Part shown: positions 24,601 to 35,250 of the stretch, one piece after another
Position numbering within the stretch: the first letter of the stretch is position 1
Layout of the letters: every line of letters starts with the position of its first letter
Made by a program: the position numbers and the translations under genes
The notes under the pieces: model-generated
Told to the model about the DNA's origin: nothing
Database searches by the model: none
What the model saw: only the letters and a program-made list of their open reading frames with translations
Origin: Macrostomum hystrix
Taxonomy: Eukaryota > Animalia > Platyhelminthes
Assembly (NCBI GenBank): GCA_950097015.1
Contig: CATNEN010000007.1
Location: 9,672,001 to 9,736,000 of the forward strand
Reading direction: 5' to 3'
DNA length: 64,000 bases

Positions 24601-27600
24601 TGGTATGCTTAACAATTTCAGACATTGTCCTGACTGGCTCGAACATTTGGCAAGCCATGGATGCTATCCAGAAGAAGGACAGCACTGCTCACAAGAACTG
24701 CTCAAATGCGTCTGCGTCTAGTTGCACAGAGAATATGAATGCTCACATTGTGATTAATTCTGTACTCAAATCGATTAGCTTCGTCACGGACATCCTATTG
24801 AACAGCACGGGAACATACTCGATATCGGACCAATTCATGTCTGCGCAAGGCGTCGCTGTGTTGAACGAAAGTGCCGCAGAATTGTCGTTTAAATCCGATT
24901 TCGGTGACGTCACAGTCCATCAGTCGAACAGCACCTGCCGATACGCGAAGTCTCTATTCTCAAGCAGGGATCCGTACATCTGGCAGAACAGCTCGGTCGA
25001 ATCCGCTGTTCTCATGTTTGAGGCTCGAAATTGCAAGGCCGAAAGTTTGCAGTTCTCACTGGCCACTGGGAAGAATCGCGGTGCTCTCGTGAATGTAACG
25101 CCAACTGACCGCTGGCTGACAGTCTATCACGAAGTCAATGTAACAAAGGCCATGATGCAGGTTACAGTTGAGCCCGTCAAAGCCAGCGAGCCACTCGTCC
25201 TTACCGTGAAGGTAGGCTCGCTGCCAAAACCTACCGACTTTTTCGTGCCCACTGAAAGAGGTTCGTATAGCCTGCCCCAGACCGAAGGCCCCTACTTCAT
25301 CGGAGTGCGCCGCGAGGGCTGTTATCGCGATCCGACCGGAGCAGTGGCGTCGGAGTGCCCTGATCCCAGACTAGTTTACCAGCTTAGCCTAACCGAGTTC
25401 TCGTGTCGCTGGTGGAATTCCAGCCTCGAGCTTTGGCAATCTCTGCCCGCAGAGTTGTGCAGTCTTAACAGCAACCTTACCGCTCCTGACAGGCCATTCT
25501 TCACCAGTCGACTACTAGGCAGTCTCGGAGTTGGTGTGAACATTGTGCCGAACACGATAGATTTTGGCCACCTGTTTGAGAATTGGCAAGGCAAGCTTGC
25601 CGACGCGCGTGCTGTGCTGGCCACTTTAGTTGTGCTTTGGGTCACCTTCATTCCCATTGCTTTGTGGCTACGGCGCCTCGATGGCGAGGACAACGTGCGG
25701 GTGAGTTTGAGTTTGACTTGGATTTCGAGCAATGGAGCTAAGATAATAGATTTTCTAGCTCTAATATGCACACTTCCCACTTCAGTTCTCATACCTGCGA
25801 CTAAAAGACGACCGGTTTAAACCGTTTGCTTATCTCCTGGACGTCTTCACGGATGGAGGAACCGGCGGTGGCACCGCAGGCTTGCCGCTGATAAGTCTTT
25901 GCGGAGAGTGGGGCTGGGAGATCTGCCGTCAATTGTGCGATGGGCTTCGAGAGGTTAGAAAACGTCTTTAATAAGTGCTATCAAAGAGCTACATTATTCC
26001 TTTCCGATGCGATTCCTAACAATTTTTTAGAACTTTCGCAGTGGAGACGTCAATCACTTCCTACTGACAGCTGGTCAGCATTTGGGAGATCTTCTAAGCA
26101 TTCGACTGGCGTTGTATGGCGACAATCAAACTCAGCCGTGGAAACCCCGCAGGATTGTCGTCACGGATCTGCACTTTGGATCCAGGTGGGAATTGAAAGA
26201 CTGATTTGTTTTTTGGAGCCACTTAAATAAGCCGGGGATAATTTCGCCGAATTTCACCTGCCGCACTGCAGATACGTTTTCATTCCGGCCGACCTAGTCG
26301 AGCCCAACAGAGACTCGGTGGGCGTCAGCCTGGCCACAGCTGAGCAGCTTGAGCTGCAGCCAGGCTTCATCAGGACCAACCTGATGCGCAAGTTTCAAGA
26401 CGATCACCTGTGGATGTCAGTCGTAGAGCGCAAGACGAATACGAATTTCAACCGGCTGCAACGGTTCAGCGCGTGCTTCAGCCTGCTGTTCCTGACCATG
26501 CTGGCGAACGCCATGTTCTACGGCTTGGGAACGGCTGCACCCACAGCTAGCGACTCCATCATGGTCGGTCCGGTCAGCTTCTCGGCCAATGCGGTTATTA
26601 TATCGGTCCTTGGCGCCCTTATTGTTTTTCCACCTTCCATTTTGATCACATTCTTGTTCATGAAGTCGAAGCTAAGGTTGCCACAACCCTCAAGCCTGAC
26701 TTACTGGTGGAAACTGTACAGAGCTGAAAAGGACGACGTGGTAAAAAATGCAGACCCTCCAGATCCCGTAAGTTGCACATTTCACGGAAAAAATTCACAT
26801 CTAATTGATTTCAGCCTTTCGCATACAAAACTGAACATTTTAAGCTGGACATTGTGATCCGGTCGAGAAACCTGTCCGACAACCCAGCGTCAACACCAAT
26901 CGTTGTTAAGCAAATTGAGCAGCGCGAGTTTCCTCTGCCTTTCTGGTGCCAGTGGATCGCCTGGGTGCTCATCGTACTCACAATGCTGGGCTCGACAATG
27001 TTCATCGTGTTCTACTCGATGCAGTGGGGCAAAGACAAGTCGCAGGACTGGCTGCTGTCGTTTCTGCTCTCATTTGGCCAGACAGCTTTGCTCATTCAGC
27101 CTCTGAAGGTACGCTGCCAATTGAGGTACCTTACTAATGTAATTCTGGGAGCGAGCAAGTTCTATTCGAAACGGTAAAATTGCAGGTGTTCGTCGTTGCG
27201 ATTGTACTTATTATAATCTTTAGAAGGGACCACGATGTCCCTCAGGAGTCTCTCATGCGACTTCGATATTATAACGATGGTTATAATAGAGGTAAGAGTT
27301 CTTTTTCACATCCAAGTACACACTAGTTTATACTAATGAGATATCTGCTCCGATTCCTAGCGTGCTTCGCGAAATAGTAAGGCACAGCGGATAGACACAC
27401 GTTGCAGCTGCAACAAGCAAGCAATGAAAGGCTATTTCGCTCTTTGAACAGTTTGTTCTGATAGTTAGTTGGAAGGTCTCATCAATAGTCATTTATTCAA
27501 ACTTTTATTTGCTACGTTAAAACACAGACTAATTACATAGGGCATTCCGTTTCAGAGGCTGTTGCGTATCTGGACGAGCTGAATGAAGTGCTGAAGAAGG

Positions 27601-29341
27601 ATCCGATACGCAAAGCTGCCAGGTCGAGCTGCACGGAGGCTGGCGTGACGCTCCTTCTGCTTGCGCTTCTCTACTGCATCGCGTACAGCAGTACGGACTC
27701 TGCCACGTTTCTCCTGCACGAGAATATCCGCAATAGATTGCGTTTCGCGAGCCTAGACAATGGGATCGGCAAAGCGGATGAGCTATTCTCCAGGTGGGAA
27801 TCCAGCCTGCTGCCCGCTGTCTTCCCGGATAGCTCTCGCTTCGTTTCCGACCAGGCTGGCTTCCGTCTCAGCCGTCTGTCCGTTCGGCAGCTTCGGATTG
27901 ACCGCAGCACCCACTCGGGAACCAAGGAGGAGCAGAACTGCTTCAGCCCTAGGTGGACTCACACAGTCGGCTGCAACCTTTCAGCCGATCCGCTGTCCGC
28001 CGCCTTCATGAACCGCCCAGACGGAGTGCCGTACTCCGGTCGCTCTCGAGACTACCGGGGCGGGGGCTTCGCAGTTCTGCTGCCTGACGGACTCCAAGCG
28101 AGCAGCGCCATTCTGGGAAAACTGCAGAGCCTCAACTGGCTGGACGCTTCCACCGCTGTGGTTATTGTCGAACTGGACTTATTCTACCCGAATGTGAACC
28201 TCTTTACATCAGTTGCTATGGCAACCGAGTTCTGGCCGTTTGGGGGTGTGAGCAGCAGTTCCAGCTTGCTCTCGGTGAGCCTCTACCGGTACGTTGGTGC
28301 AGCTGGAGTCCTTAGGCTGTTGTCTGAGATCGCGGCTGCTCTGCTCACCATCGTCATGCTGGGACTCCTAGTTCTCAAAATGCGCAGAGAGAGGGTCAAA
28401 TTCTTGCATGAAATCAGAAACATGCTGGACAGCTGTGCAGTGGCGGCCATGCTGATGGCCTGCATTCTGTACGCCACAAGAGCGGCTGCCACTGGACCCA
28501 CGCTCGAGGCTGCAGTGAATGGCGGCTGGCCAGGACTCCGTCGGCTGCTGCTGCACAACCAGCAGTTCCTCTGCTGCATCGGCGTCGCCACAGCCTGCCT
28601 GCAGCTCTCGCTGCTCCACCTCACTCGCTTCAGCGCCAGCCTTGGCCACCTGCTCACCACTCTGCGCATGGCAGTGGCTCCGCTCGCCTCCTTTTCTCTT
28701 GTGTTCATCATCGTGTTCCTGGCCTTCAGCCTGCTCCACACCCTGCTCCTGGGACCGGCCAGTCTGGCGTTCTGCACCCTTCCAGGCACAATGTCCACCC
28801 TGTTCTCCGCCATGCTCGGCAAGTTCGACTTCGAGGCCATGAACCAGAGTAGCTCGTTGGCAAAGCTGGTGTTCTGCCTGTACCTGGTGTTCATCATTTT
28901 CCTCATGGCCAACTTATTTGCCGGAGTCATTCTGCAGAGCTTCAACAAGTCGAGAGAGATTCACTCGCAGGACAGCACGAGCTTCTTTGTGGTGCAGTAC
29001 ATTGTGGACAGGATTCGGGAGACTTTCCGATTCGGGAGCACCAGTGTGTCCTACCGAGAGGGCGAAGGTATTTCGCAGGGCATTTGACGAACTTGCTGAT
29101 TTTCCCATTCTGGACACAATCTACTCTGTGACGTATTCCCCGATCAATCAATCCATCAGCAGATTTCGCCAGCCTGGCGTACCGGCTGCACTGCGGCCTC
29201 TCAGCCATCGCTGGTGCGGCCGACAAGCACAGCGAGGGGGCCCGCGACGATGACACCCGGCTGATTCGGCTCCGGTTTGCCGGGCAGGATGGCGTCGCAG
29301 GTTTGAAATTGGGCCCCGAGCAGGTCGGCTCTAAAATATGA
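465..29341 (+). CDS. Giant polycystin-1-like (PKD1L/REJ family) 11-TM receptor, multi-exon, 5' end upstream of window
   Basis: Chain of GT-AG exons with compatible phases at the junctions I checked. Domain order: CTL/kringle/FTP/F5-8C array, fibrinogen-C, EB, PKD repeats (YHIDFGNG, IVDYGDS), REJ (LFRWHC, VNRPASGGSCDVEP-like), GAIN/GPS (CRWWN..W), TM1, PLAT, 'DDHLWMSV..R....FNRLQRFSACFSLLFLTMLANAMFYG', TOP domain and channel-like TMs; stop TGA at 29339-29341. Confidence 0.93.
1073..1620. repeat. ~79-bp tandem repeat, ~7 copies, filling a PKD1-like intron
   Basis: Unit gcctataggccttgttctttcctaattcaacaagcttttctgacactgacacagtgtaccatgagacagcaaagccaaa, between donor 1062 and acceptor 1643. Confidence 0.95.
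2357..7444 (+). CDS. PKD1-like exons: FTP(fucolectin)-like and F5/8 type C (discoidin)-like domains, block A
   Basis: SLLVDLKS...LNNFTVRVG...C...C..GRYVAF; WVAIDF...FAELEVYG; F5/8C-type endings RWMLYGC and KLDLLGY. Confidence 0.7.
4900..5235 (+). mobile_element. tRNA-derived SINE, family A copy 1 (intronic)
   Basis: A-box TGGCAGAGCGG and B-box-like GCTCGATTCC; colinear with 56640-57006. Confidence 0.88.
5928..6577 (-). mobile_element. Probable TE remnant (solo-LTR-like) in a PKD1-like intron
   Basis: Unusually long GC-rich intron insert with TG..CA ends and TGCATTCA near both ends; on the minus strand the order is CCAAT, GC box, TATAAAA. No clear TSD. Confidence 0.35.
7920..8363 (+). CDS. 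PKD1-like exons: C-type lectin domain 2
   Basis: CPPGFVPHGDLCYHLS...WDSARAMCQ...HIGM...WLWLDGT...W...QPS...FACQ. Confidence 0.88.
8826..9120 (+). mobile_element. tRNA-derived CORE-type SINE (intronic)
   Basis: tRNA-like head 8826-8895 (GGAGTTG/CGACTCC acceptor stem, GGTTCGATTCCC B-box), then GCAAGGCACTTAACTCTGCATTGCTTCAGTTCACCCAGCTATTAACTGGGTACC, which resembles the CORE domain. Confidence 0.75.
9401..9687 (+). CDS. PKD1-like exons 9401-9541 and 9616-9687: kringle-like domain
   Basis: ENC...YPLNVTARGKACLQTPW...LRNYCIT / NPSCFVDNSTTEECIRHSC matches the kringle Cys spacing and the NYC and PxC motifs. Confidence 0.65.
9766..13461 (+). CDS. PKD1-like exons: FTP-like and F5/8C-like domains, block B
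   Basis: SLLVDLKSPH...C..PPARFVAIVR; FAVDG...CFQS...YWLVDLQ...LSVCEFEVYG; FLDIWLD...VTGVVWQG...LRVELLGY; IRLLPINW..LKWEVYG. Confidence 0.75.
13535..14052 (+). CDS. PKD1-like exons: C-type lectin domain 3
   Basis: CPVNTFRHGNLCY...AQRLCQ...GRLARM...GCVV...WRSVACD...PFVCEI. Confidence 0.85.
16358..16918 (+). CDS. PKD1-like exons: C-type lectin domain 4
   Basis: CPVNFYYFEGRC...AEKLC...WTHWSIGQPNSSDECAA...WLPVSCD...VACQ. Confidence 0.85.
18135..18695 (+). CDS. PKD1-like exon: fibrinogen C-terminal (FReD) domain
   Basis: WIVVYK...NRSMAEYFYGF...WLGL...FRLLI...LNGTRFSTFD...CA...SGWWFKDC..TKLTG matches the FReD consensus (W.V.QR, F.R.W..Y..GFG, WLGL, FST.D, GGWW...C). Confidence 0.9.
18791..18934 (+). 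CDS. PKD1-like exon: EB/EGF-like six-cysteine module
   Basis: QCYSDVACSLTMNTACLSPG...SCLCRSSFVRLGNQCVP; phase-1 exon, not in the ORF track. Confidence 0.7.
19049..23057 (+). CDS. PKD1-like 4.0-kb exon: three Cys-capped Ig-like repeats, PKD repeats, start of REJ
   Basis: 1336-aa ORF bounded by tttcag| and |gtaaag; PKD motifs (GSHVDYHIDFGNG...Y.L.V.A.N; IVDYGDS...HSY...F.ANV.AFNHVS); many NxS/T sequons. Confidence 0.9.
24622..25700 (+). CDS. PKD1-like exon: GAIN/GPS region and TM1
   Basis: FSCRWWNSSLELWQS...C...IVPNTIDF...VLATLVVLWVTFIPIALWLRRLD. Confidence 0.88.
25786..27108 (+). CDS. PKD1-like exons: PLAT/LH2 domain and TM2-TM5
   Basis: YLLDVFTDG..GGGT...ISLCG / FRSGDVNHFLL...LGDLLSIRL...W....VVTDL; DDHLWMSV; YSMQWGKDKSQDWLLSF. 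Confidence 0.88.
27556..29067 (+). CDS. PKD1-like exon: TOP/polycystin domain and channel-like TM6-TM11
   Basis: RQLRI, YRGGGF, LNWLDASTAVVIVELDLFYPNVNLF, LGKFDFEAM, FLMANLFAGVILQSF. Confidence 0.93.
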
Positions 29342-29513
29342 GCTCCGCTGCACAGTGCTCACTGTGGAGTCATTTGACTTGGATTCGTGTTAGCAAATAG
29401 TAAGATATAAAGTTACTTCAATGTTGTGAGCTTGCGGTGAAAACCTTCTAGTTTCTGTCTCAATATCCACATACTGAATTTCTTTAGTCTGGACTTTGTT
29501 ATAAACTATGTAT

Positions 29514-29820
29514 CTTGCCTCTCGCCTTTTGCCTTTTGCCTTTGCCTAGACGTGATCTGCTCCATACTAGACCCACAGCCAGCGATGAGGCATGGCGCCC
29601 ATTCCACTTGACTCCTGAGCACACACCCACACATACGTAGACAGGCACAGACACAGTTGTGCTCATGTGCATCGTACAGTCTCACAGTGCCTTGGGAGTT
29701 GGCCCTCAGGTGCGTAAATTGCAAAGCAAGCACCCAAGCCTTCTCATTGCGGCTGCAAGTTAACTTAATGTGGCCACAATGTGCGGATTCGAACTCAGGA
29801 ACCATTGGTGCGAGGAGACC
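29514..29820 (-). mobile_element. tRNA-derived SINE related to family A, diverged, different tail
   Basis: Reverse complement has GTTCGAATCC, gagaaggcttggg, tgcaatttacgc, tcccaaggcac, gctcaggagtca and gctggctgtgggtctag; tail is (GGCAAAA)n. Confidence 0.8.
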
Positions 29821-31454
29821 ATGTTGTGGGAAATTCTTATTCGCAATCTAATATTTATCCTTAATTTATAAAGACACATGTCAACCTACGGAGTTTCTTT
29901 AAGTTTAAGTCTGATATGAAACTAATAAAACTTAACTGTGCTCATGCGCATTGCTATGAGTTTCCAATCCACGCAATTGATTTCGTGCACAATTTTGTTA
30001 GCATTAATTCCATCATTTTTTGAGAGAATGGATTCTGAGTTCGTCTTGAGTATCCGCTAGATCAGGCTTTGTGAGCTCTAAAATTGAGGTCGCTACGGGA
30101 AGATGCCACGAGCCTTGACGAGGAGCTGCAATAATGAGCACCTGAACTGTCTCAACTAAATGCGGCCCCAATGCTTCGCCACTCGACTACTCTCAGTAGT
30201 ACTGCTAGGCTCGCCTCAAAGACTTGAGAATTATCGTGGCTGAGCACAACCCGCCAGACTCATGGATTAAGAAGCGTGCCACTTCTGCCCCCCCCTCAAT
30301 TTTCAGATTTAAATATTCATAAGGCTGGGTGCTGCTGCTTATCCGGGGCCAATTTGGCAGCTCAGGCCAAAAGGTGCAGCCGCCCCCCCCGGCCTCCCGC
30401 GGGACCGCGCACTCGAGAATCTCCAAGATCCCCCGTGGCCTCCTTCGCCGGACTGAAGTTTATTTAAATAATGAATTTGTGGGGCGGCATTTAGCCGTGG
30501 CCAAAGAGCAGCAAGTCGTGGCGGCGGGCTCGGGTTTCCAGTGCATTTCCTGAGCCTTCTGCAGTTATTCAATGCAGGCTCGAGTTTCACAAAAAACTGA
30601 GCACAGCCAGCCTCATCCGCCAATGCGCTTAGCCGTCCGTGCGGGATGTGTTGCGCGGCCTGAGTTGTCAGCGGGTTTCGATCTCGCTCGTCTCCAGGCG
30701 GGGCAAAATTTATGCCAGCAGATCCTCGCCAGCTCGTGGCGGCAAGGGATATTTTTCTTGCCGTAGCAGCCGAGCAGAAAGGTGAATTGTGCTTTTTGAG
30801 CGGGAGAGGATAGTAAAAGGCGCTCTTGCCAGAGTGGGACGGAACCGATCGGGTGAGCCGCAGCGAGCACCCTCATGACAGCCAGGAGGGAGCGGCCACT
30901 CGAATCACTGCAGCGCACTCTCAGGCCGTGCCGCGGGATCCCCGCTCACTCGGCTGCTCAATCGGGCGGCTGGAGGAGGGTGAAGAAGAGGCGGAGCAGC
31001 CGACTGTGATTGAGGGCCGTTCGACGTGAGTGTTGCGAGTGCGGGCAGCCACTCACTGCGGGTTGCTGGGCCAAACTGACAGCTCCGGCCTGCCCTGCCC
31101 TATGCGCACTTCACTCGCATTTCCTCTCACTGGCCTTACTAAACCCCCCAGCAATGTCCCTATCTGCCGACTCCCGCATTCGCTCGGCCCGCTGCCAGCT
31201 GTCCGATGGCTGAATGAAATCAATGGAGGGGCAATGGAGCACTTTGACGCCTCAGATCCATTGTTGTTTCTGTGCCTCAGCTGAGAGGGCCTCTGTCAGT
31301 GATCATTAGTGATTGGACTTTGCAGGGCGAAGTGGCCTCTCAGCACCACTCAGCTGATTGGGCGCTCAATAGCCCGCAGGAGTGCAAGACTGGCCGGCTC
31401 GCTGCGGCAATTTGTTGATTGCGACGGCTTGAGTGAAGCACATGGAGCTACAGT

Positions 31455-31790
31455 CGATCCCAGCTGATCCCACCTGATCCCACCTGATCCCAGTGGATCC
31501 CAGTAGATCCCAGCTGATCCCAGTAGATCCCAGCTGATCCCAGTGGATCCCAGCTGATCCCAGTGGATCCCAGCTGATCCCATAGATCCCAGCTGATCCC
31601 AGTGGATCCCAGCTGATCCCAGTAGATCCCAGCTGATCCCAGTAGATCCCAGCTGATCCCAGTAGATCCCAGCTGATCCCAGTAGATCCCAGCTGATCCC
31701 AGTGGATCCCAGCTGATCCCAGTGGATCCCAGCTGATCCCATAGATCCCAGCTGATCCCAGTAGATCCCAGCGGATCCCAGCGGATCCCT
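31455..31790. repeat. 10/20-bp minisatellite (gatcccagct/gatcccagta)
   Basis: Direct tandem repetition; explains the spurious ORFs at 31350-32029. Confidence 0.95.
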
Positions 31791-33684
31791 GTTTCAATAA
31801 AGAAGCTGCCAGCAATTTTGCGAGTGACCTTCATTGGGACAAAGAATGGGAGAACGCCCACGCAGATGACATGCGATGCTTTTTTAGAAATCCCAATACT
31901 TTTATTGGCCCTGAGAGATGAATGCGAGCGGGCGGCAAGCGGGGGACCAGACAGAAGGAACTCAAGGCCTGGAAGGATGGCAACTGAAGGCGGTTTTTTA
32001 TTTGGCTGCGGCGCGCAGACGGCCTGCAAGCGCTGGCTGAGGGCTTGGCCCGGGCCTCAGGCATGTCTTGCGATGGGGACAGTTTTCCTGGGATCTGAAA
32101 GAACAGAACCTGCGGAATGGGGAGGTGGGGCCAGGAAGGGTCCACAAACAGCACTTTGTATTAGGCATACCTGCCTCGGGATTTATAAAAAGCGCAGAGC
32201 CATTAATCCTCGCTAATCTTCCTGGCCTCCCAAACCCATTGGAGCATGCTTGCCTGAGATGAGAACTTGATTACTGGGAATTGAGCCAGCCATGGTGACT
32301 ATTTCATCCGAGGCTGACTCAGGGGCAGTGATTGTGATGCTGCAGGAGACGTGTTTCAGTGGAGTACTGATTCGGTCAAACTTGAAGCTTCTCCTCTTTC
32401 TGCTCCCAGGGGAGAACCCAGCGCGAGGGGAAATTGAAGAGCCCGAGCTGCGATTCGATAAAATCAATCCCGGCCTGGATCCCCTCCAGCCGGACAGGGG
32501 GAATTAATTGCCCGGCCACCTGCCCTCCGCATTCGAATCCCAACTACTACTTGCTCTTCTCCTCACATTCGGGATAAAATGCTGTGGGAACCGGGAGCTC
32601 TCTAGATAATAGGGAGCGGAGCGGGGCTGCAGCTGCAGATTCCCAACCCCATCAGGTGCATTGGGGCGGGGAGTATCGCGGGATGGGGATAAATAATGCG
32701 GCTCGGCTAGGGATTATCGGATCCCACCCCGCCCTGGTGATGAGCGGCCCTGAGACTCGGCAGCCAGCGCGCACTGGCCAGCGGCCCCCTCGAGCTACGC
32801 TGACCAATTTGGCTAACTGAATAATGCATAGCAAATGCGCTTGATGCAAACACAAAACACCCCCCCTGAATGCAGAGTGCGCGCTTGCACTCAAGGCTGC
32901 CGCCGAGATGCGCCCGACACCACTCTCTCCTCACTATCTGTCCTTCCCAGCCTGCCCGCTCTTGATTGGCCCTCCCGGGCCTGTCTTGAGCTGACCTCGC
33001 GGGCCGGAGTTGGGGTGGGTGCGCACAGAAAGTCCGCCCCAGTCCCGGCCCGGCCTCAAAGGGTCTCTCCCGGCTGGGGGCTGCGGTGTCACTGGGGCGG
33101 GAGCCGCGGAGCCAGGCGGAGACCAGGAAAGCGGCATGCCGCAGCTTACAGTCTAAATCAGCCAAAGAATGCCGGCGCCGATGTCAAATAATGGTCACGT
33201 GACCCTGCGAGGTGACAAAACTCCGCGGCAGCAGCAGCAGCAGCAGCGTCAGTCAATTCTGCGTCGACTGCCTCGGCTCAGTCTGTTCAAGGTGAGAGGC
33301 AGTTGAATTGTAGGACTGATTCGCAGCGCTGATACGGCTCCATGGCTTCGGGCTCGAAGCTTGCAGCCTGCAGCGGCCACTCCCCGGAAAAGTGCACGGA
33401 AAGGTTCGGGCTTCCACCCGCTTCCTCTTTTTCCTGTCCCGCACCCGCTCCGTCTCTTCTACACTGTGCCGCTCGCCTCCCAATCCAATGAGTCGAGTGA
33501 GGCGATTGAGTGGAGACAAAAAACTTCTCGCTGCTGGACGAGTCGCAACTTAGAGACCCACGAAGCCGCTCCCGGCCCCTCTAACCCTGCTGAGCTTCCG
33601 AGATTTCCAATTTAAAAGGAAATTGCTTTGAAGTGGGATTCTTGACTGAGCCGAGACAGTGAATGATCACGATGGGATGTGTGA

Positions 33685-33840
33685 CAGTTGGACTGTGGGA
33701 CCTGGGGACAGTTGGACTGAGTGACTGTGGAACTGTGGGACTGTGGGACTGAGGGACCTGGGGACTGAGGGACTGTGGGACTGAGGGACCTGGGGACTGA
33801 GGGACTGAGGGACTGTGGGACTGTGGGACTGTAGGACTGG
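33685..33840. repeat. Degenerate (gggactgt/gggactga) short tandem repeat
   Basis: Direct inspection. Confidence 0.85.
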
Positions 33841-34767
33841 CTGGAAAGGAGTCATTGTGTCCATTTGAGTTGTCTAAGTGGCTCTCAGATAATCATTAAG
33901 TCACTCAGGATGTGGGATCTGGGCACCTGTTGTGCGGCTGTCCCGGAGTCGGAAGTCCGCAGTTGCCCAGGCCCTGCTGGCCAGGTGAAGTCGAGTCGAA
34001 ATTCCCGCCTATGTGCGACCTCCCTCATCAATCTAGGATTTCAGCTGCATCAAAGGTCCCTAACCCTGTCACTCTAACACTGCGGCCTTCAATATCCCCA
34101 CTTTTCACTTCCAGCTTCCATTTTCTATCCCACCTGCCTGCCACTCGCTGCTCCACCGCTTGAACATTTGGGGATTTATCCCAACTGCAGACTCCCATTT
34201 CTGCCCCGATGCAGCATTGTTTGCGCTCCCCCTCACCCCAGGTGCACTATGGATCCCAGTTGCTGCTCCCCAATTCTCGGCCAAATCCCACTGGCGGGAT
34301 GTGGCCCAGGCTCATCCCGGCAACTCTTGCTCACGGCCCCTTGCCCTCCGGCTCTCTAGAATTTGCCTGACGAATTTGCTCCACACCCGTGCTGCTGCTT
34401 TCCTATCTCCCCACCTGGCTGGCCGCCGTGCCCAGGTGCCTAATCAGCCGCGAGTTTCCCACTAGTCGAGCTTCTCCTGAGCTGCCCGCAGCAGCTGCTG
34501 ATCTATTTATAGGCCGGCTGACGGATTCTCGCCAACGCCTTGCGCTCGCCTGATTGCACTTTGAGCAGTGTTTATGGCTTTGCTCCAACATTTTAGATCT
34601 ACTCTGGGAGATTTATGTGGGATTTGATCTCCATGAGATTAGTGCCGCGATTGACTAATCCTTAGCGCGGTGAGCATAGTAAGCATGGGATTCTACTGTG
34701 CTTTCCTCATAAATTAGTCTGGCTGTCTGATTTCCTGTATTACTGAACATTTCGCCATTTTCACCAT

Positions 34768-35250
34768 TGATCTCACTCATTTCCCTTCAATGATCTCACT
34801 CATTTCCCTTCAATGATCTCACTCATTTCCCTTCAATGATCTCACTCATTTCCCTTCAATGGTCTCACTCATTTCCCTTCAATGATCTCACTCATTTCCC
34901 TTCAATGATCTCACTCATTTCCCATCAATGATCTCACTCATTTCCCTTCAATGATCTCACTCATTTCCCTTCAATGATCTCACTCATTTCCCTTCAATGA
35001 TCTCACTCATTTCCCATCAATGATCTCACTCATTTCCCTTCAATGATCTCACTCATTTCCCATCAATGATCTCACTCATTTCCCTTCAATGATCTCACTC
35101 ATTTCCCTTCAATGATCTCACTCATTTCCCTTCAATGATCTCACTCATTTCCCTTCAATGATCTCACTCATTTCCCATCAATGATCTCACTCATTTCCCT
35201 TCAATGATCTCACTCATTTCCCATCAATGATCTCACTCATTTGCCATCAA
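34768..35250. repeat. 23-bp minisatellite tgatctcactcatttcccttcaa, ~21 copies
   Basis: Direct tandem repetition. Confidence 0.95.

Noticed and set aside
34768-35250. CRISPR-like appearance of the 20-42-bp arrays
   Set aside because: The units are directly adjacent with no unique spacers, there are no cas genes, and the context is eukaryotic.
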